Positions 9,581-18,542 of a DNA stretch of 64,000 nt are shown here, piece by piece. Position 1 is the stretch's first letter; each line of letters starts with the position of its first letter. A model generated the notes under the pieces. The model saw only the letters and a list, made by a program, of their open reading frames with translations. It was not told the origin of the DNA and did no database searches. Location of the stretch: assembly GCA_963803045.1 (NCBI GenBank), contig CAWDLC010000014.1, forward strand, positions 50,003 through 114,002, given 5' to 3'. The DNA is from Candidatus Binataceae bacterium (GTDB lineage: Bacteria > Desulfobacterota > Binatia > Binatales > Binataceae). The position numbers and the translations under genes were made by a program.

Positions 9581-10672
9581 CTACGGATGCATGTCGAGGA
9601 ATTCCTTGAAGCCGCTCCGATCGTGCGGCCCCAGGATTATCATCTCGAGGATTCCCATCCCCTCGCGCGAACCCATTTTCGCCTGGCATACAGCCTGGAT
9701 GTGCTGATGAAAGAAATCGCGCTCGTCGACGTCGGCGGTTTTGAACGACTCGTAGGTCGAGACGTCGGGGCCGACGTACATTCCGTGCCCCCACTTCGGA
9801 TGAAGGTAGCCGATGCCTTGCATGTAGAAGTTGTACAGCGTCTTCAGTTCGATGCGGCTTTGGCCGGCGCGCGGGGTGCGCAAAATTATCTCGGCGGTCC
9901 TGGCGTGGCGCGTTCCGGATGCATAGTTGATGTTGAAATCGACGCTGGTTGAGAGATCGAGTGGCGCGCCGGGGTCGGCTTGGGTGACGGCGGCGAACTC
10001 GTGCCATCGCGAGCCGTCGGCGTTTTCGTTGGCGTCGCAAAGAGTGCAGACATCTTCGAAATTGGTCGGCGACCACAGCCAGTAGAACTGGCCCATGGCG
10101 GACGAAGGCACTCCCGCCGGATCCTGCGGCCCGATTGAGCGCACGCCCCACGAGCGATCGCGCGAACCCCACACTCGCGACGGTTTTGCCTCGTAGGTCT
10201 TGCCCGCGACCGTCAGGCTGCCGCGGTAACCGCCGTGCTGTGTGAACCGCGTCAGGTCCATCACGAGCCGCGGACCGGCGCGGCGCGAAAAGCGCGGCTC
10301 CTCGATTGCCGCGGTGCGCGCCTCGAACGTCAGGTCGGCCTTTACAGCTTCATGATCGACGCGAACGCGCAGCGTTCGCATCGGCCGTACGATCTCGATT
10401 GAGATCGGGCCGACCCGCGTGTCCAGCCGCTCGGCGCCGAGCACCCGCGATGCGCGCACGCAATGTTGCACGCCATCGGCGACCGCGCTGAATGCGCAAT
10501 CGATAATCCCGATGTTCGGATAAATTCCCATCGCGGCGGCGAAGTATGGCTCGCCCTCGCGAAAGTAACCGTTGAAAAAAAACCGATCATAAAAGTTGCG
10601 ATCGCTGGTGAAGACCTGCTGGACCGGCTCCGGCGTCTGATGAATCGGATAGTCGTCGCCCTGCGTGATCAT
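9581..10672 (-). CDS. conserved hypothetical protein (beta-rich, no motif I can name)
   Basis: ATG at 10672 preceded by AGGAGA 6 nt upstream; 363 aa beginning MITQGDDYPIHQTPEPVQQVFTSDRNFYDRFFFNGY. The composition is protein-like throughout. The longer TTG-start version in the track (to 10708) is less likely. Confidence 0.65.
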   Translation of the reverse strand: MITQGDDYPIHQTPEPVQQVFTSDRNFYDRFFFNGYFREGEPYFAAAMGIYPNIGIIDCAFSAVADGVQHCVRASRVLGAERLDTRVGPISIEIVRPMRTLRVRVDHEAVKADLTFEARTAAIEEPRFSRRAGPRLVMDLTRFTQHGGYRGSLTVAGKTYEAKPSRVWGSRDRSWGVRSIGPQDPAGVPSSAMGQFYWLWSPTNFEDVCTLCDANENADGSRWHEFAAVTQADPGAPLDLSTSVDFNINYASGTRHARTAEIILRTPRAGQSRIELKTLYNFYMQGIGYLHPKWGHGMYVGPDVSTYESFKTADVDERDFFHQHIQAVCQAKMGSREGMGILEMIILGPHDRSGFKEFLDMHP

Positions 10673-10708
10673 CGTTGTCTCCTGCTGTGACTGAAACGCG
10701 TTCGCCAA

Positions 10709-11632
10709 TCAGGCCGGGAAGAGTTTGCCAAGTTCGGCCGCCTCGAGGCGGATGCCGACGTAAAAGGGGCCGAACTTCGCATACGACGCGCTGGCCTCGT
10801 CGAAGCGCATCTCGTAAACGAGTTTCTTGAATACCAGCGGATCGTCGGCGAAAAGATCGACGCCCCATTCCCAATCGTCGAATCCCATCGAGCCCGAGAT
10901 GATCTGCGTCACTTCGCCGGCGAAACGCCGCCCGACCAGGCCGTGGTCATGCATCAGACGCTGGCGATCCTCCATTGGCAGGCGATACCAGTTATCGGCG
11001 CCTTCGCGCTTCTTGTCCATCGGATAGAAGCACAAGTAGGGTCGCGCGGGGATTTTCGGAAACAAGCGCGGCGAAATTTTCTCCCGCTGCCGGGCAATCT
11101 CGGAATCGATTTCAGACTTCCATTGCGCCGTGTGCGGTCCGATGCCCTGCTCGACGAGCCGGCGATAGAGCGCAACGGTCGCTTCGTAGAGACCGAGTTC
11201 GATTACCGACAGATACGACGTAGTCGGTTCCAGGCAGTCGCTGAGTGCAAGCCCGGCGACGGCCAGCTCGGCCTGGCCGAGTTCCTCGAAGCTGCGGCGG
11301 AAGTGGACGATCATCAGATCGCCCTTGTGGCCGAGCGCGGAGAAGAGCGCGGTTTCACCGTCTTCGCGCCGGGCCATCTCGCCGAACAGCTTCGACGCGC
11401 CCTCGAGGGCAGCGTTGCGTTTCGTAGCCGCGAGCATGCGCAATTCGCGGCGCCGGACGCGGAACATCTGATGGAGAATGCTGTAACCTTCGAGCGTCAG
11501 AGGTGCGGCGGGAAAATCGCCGGGGATCTTCGACCGCTCCCTGCCTCGATTTTGCTCTGCGCGGTCGCTACTCATGGCGGCAATTCTAGACGCTACGCCG
11601 CCGGTTGTCTTGAGTCGCGCGAGCGCAGGCAC
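10709..11632 (-). CDS. chlorite dismutase family protein (HemQ/ChdC-like)
   Basis: Motifs include YSILHQMFRV, LSVIELGLYE, YLCFYPMDKKR, NWYRLPMEDRQRLMHDHG and GFDDWEWGVDLFADDP...KLVYEMRFDE. The start is either GTG 11632 (GGAGG about 10 nt upstream) or ATG 11575. Confidence 0.8.
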   Translation of the reverse strand: MPALARLKTTGGVASRIAAMSSDRAEQNRGRERSKIPGDFPAAPLTLEGYSILHQMFRVRRRELRMLAATKRNAALEGASKLFGEMARREDGETALFSALGHKGDLMIVHFRRSFEELGQAELAVAGLALSDCLEPTTSYLSVIELGLYEATVALYRRLVEQGIGPHTAQWKSEIDSEIARQREKISPRLFPKIPARPYLCFYPMDKKREGADNWYRLPMEDRQRLMHDHGLVGRRFAGEVTQIISGSMGFDDWEWGVDLFADDPLVFKKLVYEMRFDEASASYAKFGPFYVGIRLEAAELGKLFPA

Positions 11633-11693
11633 GAACGGAGAGCCTCCGCCGGTCGGGAGAATCGTGTTCGTATTCCTTTCTCCTGAACTAAAA

Positions 11694-11713
11694 AATGTTT
11701 CACGTGAAACATT
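11694..11713. promoter_or_regulatory. 20-bp perfect palindrome AATGTTTCAC|GTGAAACATT (candidate operator)
   Basis: Loop-less perfect dyad in an AT-richer spacer, about 60 nt upstream of the chlorite-dismutase-family start and 70 nt downstream of the acyl-CoA dehydrogenase stop. Confidence 0.5.
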
Positions 11714-11784
11714 CGTGTCTGGATCCTGGGAAATAACGTGATTTTTGAGAAATTAGCCGTAATTAATGCGACGCAAAGAGCTGT

Positions 11785-12939
11785 CTAGTAAGGGCGAGCA
11801 GCCTTGCCAATAATCTCGCGCGCGACAATCGTCTTCATGATCTGCGCAGTGCCATCGCCGATCTCGAGTCCGATCACGTCGCGCATTCGCTGCTGATGCG
11901 GCAGGTCGAGGCTGAACCCCGGATGCCCGTGGAGCAGAAGGCATTGATGCAAAACGTCAACCGCCAGTTCGGGCGCGAGCCACTTGGCTCCGGCCGCGAG
12001 CCATCCGTGCGGCTCTCCGCGGTCCTTGAGCCATAGCGCTTCGTAGCAGAGCAGACGCGCGGCGCGCAGCCGAACTGCCGCCTCTGCCAGAGGAAACGAT
12101 ACCCCCTCGAACCGTGCGAGCGGGGCGCCGAACGCCTGGCGCGCGGCGACGTAGGCGCAAGTCTCATCGACGCTCTGTTCGGCCGCGCCGATGCACGCCA
12201 GGCCAATCAACGAGCGGCTGAAATCGAATCCCTGCATCACCTCGGCGAAGCCCGCGCCTTCCGCGCCGATGCGAGCAGCAGCGGGCACGCGGACGCTGTC
12301 AAAAAAAAGCTGACCGCGGCCGATTGCGCGTGAGCCCAGATCGCGAAAGCGCGTGCGCGATACGCCCGGTGAGTTGAGGTCGACGTAAAATGCGCTCACA
12401 CCCCGAGCAGCCTGCTGCGCCGTGCCGGTTCGGGCCAGGACGAGGGCAGCGCCGGCCGATGATGAGAATGAGATGGAAGTTTTCTCGCCGCTCAAGACGT
12501 AATGGTCGCCGTCGCGGCGCGCTTGCATCATGATATGTGCGGCGTCGGAGCCGCCGCCGGGTTCGGTCACAGCCAGCGCCGCGACAATTTCGCCTCGGCA
12601 AATCGGGGGAAGAAACGCGGCCTGCTGACGCGCGTCGCCGCGGCGGGAGATTATTGCGCCAGTCAGCGCCGCAAGCAGCAGCACGTACGCGGCGTTCAAA
12701 TCCCCGCGCGCGATTTCCTCGTGCGCGATTCCAAGCGACACATAATCGAGGCTGGAACCGCCGAGTTGCGTACCGACCATCGGCGCCAGCACGCCCAGCT
12801 CGCCGAGCTTCTTCGCCAGCGCCGGTGGCAGGTCTCTATCCGCGTCGCGCGACGCGTAATTGGGAAGCAGTTCGCGCCGCGCAAAGTCACGCAGCGTTTC
12901 CTGCAGTAACTTCTGCTCGGTTGTGAGGGCAAACTCCAT
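11785..12939 (-). CDS. acyl-CoA dehydrogenase
   Basis: 384-aa ORF with ACAD N, middle and C domains (TEPGGGSD, GEKTSISF, ...GLEIGDGTAQIMKTIVAREI). GAGGG lies 8 nt upstream of the ATG. Confidence 0.9.
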   Translation of the reverse strand: MEFALTTEQKLLQETLRDFARRELLPNYASRDADRDLPPALAKKLGELGVLAPMVGTQLGGSSLDYVSLGIAHEEIARGDLNAAYVLLLAALTGAIISRRGDARQQAAFLPPICRGEIVAALAVTEPGGGSDAAHIMMQARRDGDHYVLSGEKTSISFSSSAGAALVLARTGTAQQAARGVSAFYVDLNSPGVSRTRFRDLGSRAIGRGQLFFDSVRVPAAARIGAEGAGFAEVMQGFDFSRSLIGLACIGAAEQSVDETCAYVAARQAFGAPLARFEGVSFPLAEAAVRLRAARLLCYEALWLKDRGEPHGWLAAGAKWLAPELAVDVLHQCLLLHGHPGFSLDLPHQQRMRDVIGLEIGDGTAQIMKTIVAREIIGKAARPY

Positions 12940-12950
12940 CGTCGCAACCC

Positions 12951-13370
12951 TCAGTTGGACGGCGCGTCCTGTGTCGGCACCGTTACGGACTGCGGCGCCG
13001 CGCCCGACGGGCCGACATACTCGGGAAGACTCTCCAGTCCGCCGAGATGGACGTTCGGGGTCGGCTGTTCGATCGATTCGTTGCTGTCGCCGGCGCCCAT
13101 TTTGCCGGCGTAGTGTTGCGTGAGCTGCTTCTGCACTTCATCGGGCGACAAGTTCGGCCGCATTCCCTGGCTGTGCGCAAAGTCGGCGCGGCTCTTGGCG
13201 TCCATGTTGAGCCAGATCTGGCTGGCCTGCGCGCCATTGCCGTGATTCATCGCTTCGATAAATTTTTGCTGCTGCGTTTCCTGATTGGAACGAAACGGCC
13301 AGCATCCCGCCAGCGCTATTGCACACGCAGCAATTGACAACGCGATCGCGCGTTTGATTTTTGCTGGCAT
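12951..13370 (-). CDS. hypothetical lipoprotein
   Basis: The internal ATG gives MPAKIKRAIALSIAACAIALAGCWPF..., a signal peptide with lipobox LAGC; 139 aa. Confidence 0.6.
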   Translation of the reverse strand: MPAKIKRAIALSIAACAIALAGCWPFRSNQETQQQKFIEAMNHGNGAQASQIWLNMDAKSRADFAHSQGMRPNLSPDEVQKQLTQHYAGKMGAGDSNESIEQPTPNVHLGGLESLPEYVGPSGAAPQSVTVPTQDAPSN

Positions 13371-13449
13371 CAGTGCTCCCGCTCCGCCGCCTGAAACGTC
13401 ATCGCACTTCGAGTATAGGCGTCGGTGTGACAGGTTGCCCACGCGCGGG

Positions 13450-14457
13450 TCAGCCGAGCAATTCGAGGCCGCGTTCGAACATTCTAGGAGCGGACAGCGC
13501 GGTATTTTCCCACTGTGGATCGTGGCGCTTGCCGCGCCGATGCAGCATCAAATTGAAACAGGTAATCACGCCAAACCGGTAACCCGAGAATGCGCGGAAC
13601 CATCGCACTTCCGCCGCGGAGACCGGAAAGCCCGCGGCTTCAGCGTACGCATCGACGATTTCGCCTGCGGCGAGAAGCGAGCCCCGGCCGGCGGCGCCAA
13701 CCCAGCTCGCAGGATCGGAAAAGAAGCAAATCCATCCGAGGTCGAGCAGGGTTGCGCCAATGAGCGAGATTTCCCAATCGATCAGCGCGACGACGCGTTC
13801 TTCGTTGAACAGCACGTTGGTCCATTGGAAGTCGCCGTGGACGCATCCGAGGCGCGCGTTTGCGGGCAGGCTCGAGCGCAGGCGCCCGCGAAGTTCGGGT
13901 GCGCGCGCGACGACGGCGGGATCGAGAGTCGGGCGGTCGAGCAGGTAGTCCAGGCGTTTGAGCTCTTCGCCGAGCGGGAACGGCTCGCCCCATGCGGCGC
14001 GGCGCGGCTCCCACGCGACGTTGTGCAGCGCGGCCATGGTCGCGATACCCTTGCGCGCCAAGCGTTTCAAGTGCGCGGCCGGCAGCGCGGATTCGCCGAG
14101 TTTGAATCCTTCGACGAAGCCGCCGACGAAGTACGGCCGATCGAAGAACTCGGGCTCGTCGCCGTACCAGATGATCGGCGGCACCGCGACCGGCGTGTCG
14201 GCCAGCGACGCCATCACGCGCGCCTGCCGCACGATGTCGGCCGGCCCCGAGATTTTGACGCCAGGAGGCGCGATGCGCACGACGAATTTCCCCGCCGGCG
14301 TCGCGCCGGGCGCACTGCGCTCGAGGATGAAGCTGTAGCTGAAGCCGGCGTGACCCGGCAGCGATTCGAGCGAATGCACTCGCGCTCCGGCGTCACCGGT
14401 TTTCGCGCGCACCAAGCCCGTAAGCTGCGCGGTTAGTTGTTCGAAATTTCCGGGCAT
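13450..14457 (-). CDS. phosphotransferase (aminoglycoside phosphotransferase/APH family)
   Basis: Contains the catalytic loop CVHGDFQWTNVLF and ALIDWEISLIGATLLDLGW. ATG at 14457; the track's longer start is a TTG. Confidence 0.8.
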   Translation of the reverse strand: MPGNFEQLTAQLTGLVRAKTGDAGARVHSLESLPGHAGFSYSFILERSAPGATPAGKFVVRIAPPGVKISGPADIVRQARVMASLADTPVAVPPIIWYGDEPEFFDRPYFVGGFVEGFKLGESALPAAHLKRLARKGIATMAALHNVAWEPRRAAWGEPFPLGEELKRLDYLLDRPTLDPAVVARAPELRGRLRSSLPANARLGCVHGDFQWTNVLFNEERVVALIDWEISLIGATLLDLGWICFFSDPASWVGAAGRGSLLAAGEIVDAYAEAAGFPVSAAEVRWFRAFSGYRFGVITCFNLMLHRRGKRHDPQWENTALSAPRMFERGLELLG

Positions 14458-14591
14458 ATTTTTGCGCGGCAGCCAGCCGCGCAACTCTACGATTAAACTC
14501 CGATGGGACTATACAACAGGAGGCTCGAAAGCGGGAACCCAAATCCGGGGCGGGTTGCGCTGGGGGGAAGCGGTCATGTAGGAATTTGCTG

Positions 14592-15905
14592 ATGCGATTT
14601 TGTCCGGAATGCGGCGCGGCGCTGACGGCTGGGGCGAAGTTCTGTGTGGAATGCGGCAGCGCGCTCGCGGGCACAGCATCGAGCGCGGGAGAATCGGGCA
14701 ACCCCAGGGGCAGCGTGGAACGCGAGCGCAATATACCGATTACAACTGCGTTTGTGTTTGTGTTCGTCGCGATCACCATAGTGGGTCTGGCGGCGGCCGC
14801 GTGGATAATGATGCGGACGCCCGAAGTGGTGCGCGAACAAGTCGCCGTCGCGCCGTCTGTCGCCAACGCCCCGGGCGCTGGCGCGCCCAATGCGGCTGCA
14901 CCGGAGCAGAATGTCACGGCGAATCCAGCGGCAGGTGGAAGTCAGAGCGGCAGTTTGCCGGCGGGGCATCCGAAGATCGAGCTGCCGACGGAGGCTCGCA
15001 CTTTTGTTGACAAGGTCGAAAAAGATGCGCACGCGAAACCCGGCGACGTCGCGGCATGGAACAAATTCGGCGCAGTCTCGATGCGCGCGGCGATGTTCGA
15101 TCAAACCTACTACGGCAAGGCCGAGGAAGCGTACGGCCACGTGTTGAAGTTGGAGCCCGACAACCTCGACGCGCTGCGCGGGATCGGTGATATCGACTAC
15201 GACAAGCAGCACTACGACGAAGCGATCGCCGCATACGAGCATTACCTGAAGAAGAAGCCGGACGATCCGGAAGTTCGCACCGACCTCGGCACGATGTATC
15301 TCTACACGGGCAACGCCGATCAGGCGGTCGTGCAGTACAAGAAAGTGATCGCCGCCAAGCCCGGATTTTTCCAGGCGTACTACAACATGGGAGCCGCGTA
15401 CGCGCAGGAGAACAAACCTGATGACGCGGCCGCCGCGTTCAAGCAGGCGCTGGCGCTCGCGCCCGACGACACCGCACGCGCCCAGGTGAAGGATCTGCTC
15501 GCAAAGCTCAGCGGTGCGCCGGCCGCAAGCGCGTCGATGCAGGCCGCATCTGCCGCGACGGAGTCCGCGTCGGTAGCGATGGGCGCGCAAACATCCGGAT
15601 TGCCCGCGGCTGCGCCAACGGCGGGAGCAAAGGATTTTCACGGCGCTATCGAGCAGATGTTCAGGGGGATGCCGACCGCGGGACCCAAGGTCGGCTCCGT
15701 CCAGTGGCCCGACAAGCTCAAGGCCAGGATCCTGATGGACAACTTTCCGATGGACCAAATGCCTGCGCCTGCGAAAAAAATGTTCCTGGCCGAGCTGAAG
15801 GCGAAAATCGACACCGCCAAGAAAGACAACAACATTTCATCGCCGGTCGAAGTCAATATCGTGGACGGTGCGAGCGGCCGCGTGATGGAAACCATTACTC
15901 AGTAG
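14592..15905 (+). CDS. zinc-ribbon / TPR repeat membrane-anchored protein
   Basis: MRFCPECGAALTAGAKFCVECGSAL (zinc ribbon), then one TM helix (ITTAFVFVFVAITIVGLAAAAWIMM), then at least four TPR-like repeats (EEAYGHVLKLEPDN..., YDEAIAAYEHYLKKKPDD..., ADQAVVQYKKVIAAKPG..., PDDAAAAFKQALALAPDD). Confidence 0.8.
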   Translation: MRFCPECGAALTAGAKFCVECGSALAGTASSAGESGNPRGSVERERNIPITTAFVFVFVAITIVGLAAAAWIMMRTPEVVREQVAVAPSVANAPGAGAPNAAAPEQNVTANPAAGGSQSGSLPAGHPKIELPTEARTFVDKVEKDAHAKPGDVAAWNKFGAVSMRAAMFDQTYYGKAEEAYGHVLKLEPDNLDALRGIGDIDYDKQHYDEAIAAYEHYLKKKPDDPEVRTDLGTMYLYTGNADQAVVQYKKVIAAKPGFFQAYYNMGAAYAQENKPDDAAAAFKQALALAPDDTARAQVKDLLAKLSGAPAASASMQAASAATESASVAMGAQTSGLPAAAPTAGAKDFHGAIEQMFRGMPTAGPKVGSVQWPDKLKARILMDNFPMDQMPAPAKKMFLAELKAKIDTAKKDNNISSPVEVNIVDGASGRVMETITQ

Positions 15906-15928
15906 CCGACTGCGCGAATACTAATCGT

Positions 15929-15950
15929 GCCCCGGAGCCGGATGCGGGGC
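15929..15950. terminator. hairpin between convergent genes
   Basis: GCCCCG-N10-CGGGGC between the TPR gene stop (15905) and the ATPase stop (16035). Confidence 0.4.
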
Positions 15951-16034
15951 GAACTGGTCAGGCTGCGCGTCGAACTCGAGGAGCATGACTACGGCGTCGA
16001 AATCCTTCGAACGGCTGCGCTTGCGGTTGATCGC

Positions 16035-18542
16035 TTACTTCACGACCGGGGCCGGATAAAGGCTGGTGTTGACTCTGGCCAAGTGGCGCTGATGGCGTGC
16101 CGTCCCGAGATGCATCAGGCGGTAAACTTCAACCTTCGCCAAGTCGTTGATAACAAACCATACGAGCGCATATCCCCACACCGCCATCGCATACTTCCAT
16201 CCCAGCGGCGTCATACCCCATCCATAGACCGCGGCCAGGGTTCCGATGACCTGGGTTGTTTCGCAGGCAACGACCAGGCGCCAATTGGGCCACGGGCGCT
16301 GCCAAGACGTTCCCACGCTTCGCGTGATGTAAATGGTGAGGTGACCGGCGACCAGCAGCTTGAGGAAGATAAGGCTCTGAACCATGGGCCGGGGCAGGTG
16401 AAGGTATTTCTCTGCGATCCAGAAAAGGCCGAATGCAGAGATAACTCCCATCACGCCGAGAACCGAGCTGACCGTGAGTACGCGTTCCATGTCCCAGCGC
16501 ACTGGGCGTGGAGCTACGATGGTGTTGTCGTAGGCGATCATCATGATCGGGAAGTCATTGAGGACCGCGATGAGAACGATCATGACTGCGGTTACCGGGT
16601 AGAAGTTGAACACCACAATCGCGAGCGTCATGAAGAGCAGGACGCGGATGGTTTCGGAAATCCGGTAGATTGCGTAACTGTTCATGCGCTCGAAGATCTT
16701 GCGTGCTTCTGCAATGGCGGCGGTGATTACAGAGAGACCGGTCGCCGTGAGCACCAGATCCGAGGCCGCACGAGCGGCGTCGGTCGCGCCGCTTACCGCG
16801 ATTCCGCAATCAGCCTGTTTGAGCGCGGGAGCGTCGTTGACGCCGTCACCGGTCATTCCGACGATATGTCCACGCGCCTGGAGGGCCTTGACGATTTTGA
16901 ACTTATGCTCGGGAAAAACCTGTGCGTAGCCGTCGGCCGCGTCTATCTTGTCACTGTCGTCGGCCTTACCGTCAGGAAATAGATCGCTGGCAACCGCGAT
17001 GTTCGGTCCCAGCTTGAGTTCGAGCGATACCTCGCGAGCAATTGCAAGGTTGTCGCCGGTTACCATGCGAACCTGCAGTCCCATCTTTCGCGCGGTCGCG
17101 ATGGTAGAGGCTGAATCGTCGCGCGGCGGATCGGACAGCGACAGTAGTCCAAGGAATTCCCACTTTCCCTGGGCATCGGTGCGGGCGACGCCAAGGGTGC
17201 GATAGCCTTTGGCCGCAAGCTCGTTAACCTGCCCTTCGGCTTTTTTGCGAGCGTCCGCGTCGGGATGGACCAGATCCAGAATCACCTGCGGGGCGCCCTT
17301 CGAGACTTTGAAAGTGGCGTTGTCATGTTTCACCTCGGCCTCAGTTCGCTTACTGACAGGATCGAAAGGGGTGAAATGAGTGATTTGATAGGCTTTTAAC
17401 GCCGACTGATCGCTCAGAGTTTTGAGGACGGCCTCGTCGATGCTGTCGCCGCCCTCCCTTCGCGAGGCCAACGCCGCGCCCAGGATCAGGTCCTGATCGC
17501 TGCTCGCCTTGAAGACAACGGGTTTGCTCAACTTGAGCTCGCTCTTGGTGAGCGTACCAGTCTTGTCCGAGCAGAGAATGTCCATGCCGGCCATCTCTTC
17601 GATCGCGGCGAGGCGGGACACGATAGCCTTCATCCTGGCAAGCACGGATGCGCCGACGGCCATCGTGACGGACAGGACCGCGGGCAAGGCGACCGGGATT
17701 GCAGCTACCGTAAGAATCAGTGCAAATAGCAGGGTTTCGACCAGCGGGTCGCCGCGAAATAGCGCGACTGTCAGGATCAATGCGACCAGGCCGAGCGTGA
17801 TCAGAATGAGGAAATTACCGATCTTGAGCACCGCCTTCTGAAAGTGGGACACGGTCTGAACGCTCTCGACCAGTCGCGCGGTGCGGCCGAAGAGCGTGTT
17901 CATTCCGGTGGCGACGACGAGCCCATTCATCTGGCCCATTCGCACGATCGATCCCGAATACGCGACGTCATTTTTCTTCTTGTCGACCGGCAGTGACTCG
18001 CCCGTCAGCGCCGCCTGATCGATGCTGAGGTAGTCGCCATCGACCAGCTTCAGGTCGGCGGGGATGACGTTGCCGAGTTTGACCATGACAATATCCCCGC
18101 TCACCAGAGTCTTTGCCTCGACGTCGCTCCACTTGCCGTCGCGCAGCACTCGTGAATGCAGTGCGAGATTCTTTTTCAGCGCCTCGATCTCATTGTCGGC
18201 CTTAAATTCCTCCCAGAAGCCGACGACCGCATTCAGCGCCAGCATGAAAAAGATGATGACGAAGTCTTCCCAACGCCGAACCACTGCGGAGAGTATCGCG
18301 GCAATTTCGATCATCCACGCGATAGGTCCCCAAAGGAACGTCAGGAACCGCTTGAGGGGGCTGATGCGCTTTTCTTCGATCGCATTCGGACCGTCCTTCT
18401 TGAGACGGCCTGCCGCTTCTTCCTGGGTCAGTCCATGTTCGAGACTCGAATGGAACTTGGCGAGCGTCTCTTGAATCGTCCCGGTGTCAGCTGGTGTCTG
18501 CGCACCTTTAGGCGCATCTGCGACGGGCTGCGAGTGCTTCAC
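16035..18542 (-). CDS. P-type ATPase, type IIIA (plasma-membrane H+-ATPase-like)
   Basis: CSDKTGTLT, MVTGDNLAIA and GMTGDGVNDAPALKQADCGIAV. The N-terminal half (GLTQEEAAGRLKKDGPNAIEEKR...LRDGKW...VSGDIVMVKLGNVIPADLKL...IDQAALTGESLPV...HFQKAVLKIGNFLI) tracks plant, fungal and archaeal P3A pumps. I place the start at GTG 18540-18542, overlapping the upstream TGA (GTGA); this gives 835 aa. Confidence 0.9.
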   Translation of the reverse strand: MKHSQPVADAPKGAQTPADTGTIQETLAKFHSSLEHGLTQEEAAGRLKKDGPNAIEEKRISPLKRFLTFLWGPIAWMIEIAAILSAVVRRWEDFVIIFFMLALNAVVGFWEEFKADNEIEALKKNLALHSRVLRDGKWSDVEAKTLVSGDIVMVKLGNVIPADLKLVDGDYLSIDQAALTGESLPVDKKKNDVAYSGSIVRMGQMNGLVVATGMNTLFGRTARLVESVQTVSHFQKAVLKIGNFLILITLGLVALILTVALFRGDPLVETLLFALILTVAAIPVALPAVLSVTMAVGASVLARMKAIVSRLAAIEEMAGMDILCSDKTGTLTKSELKLSKPVVFKASSDQDLILGAALASRREGGDSIDEAVLKTLSDQSALKAYQITHFTPFDPVSKRTEAEVKHDNATFKVSKGAPQVILDLVHPDADARKKAEGQVNELAAKGYRTLGVARTDAQGKWEFLGLLSLSDPPRDDSASTIATARKMGLQVRMVTGDNLAIAREVSLELKLGPNIAVASDLFPDGKADDSDKIDAADGYAQVFPEHKFKIVKALQARGHIVGMTGDGVNDAPALKQADCGIAVSGATDAARAASDLVLTATGLSVITAAIAEARKIFERMNSYAIYRISETIRVLLFMTLAIVVFNFYPVTAVMIVLIAVLNDFPIMMIAYDNTIVAPRPVRWDMERVLTVSSVLGVMGVISAFGLFWIAEKYLHLPRPMVQSLIFLKLLVAGHLTIYITRSVGTSWQRPWPNWRLVVACETTQVIGTLAAVYGWGMTPLGWKYAMAVWGYALVWFVINDLAKVEVYRLMHLGTARHQRHLARVNTSLYPAPVVK

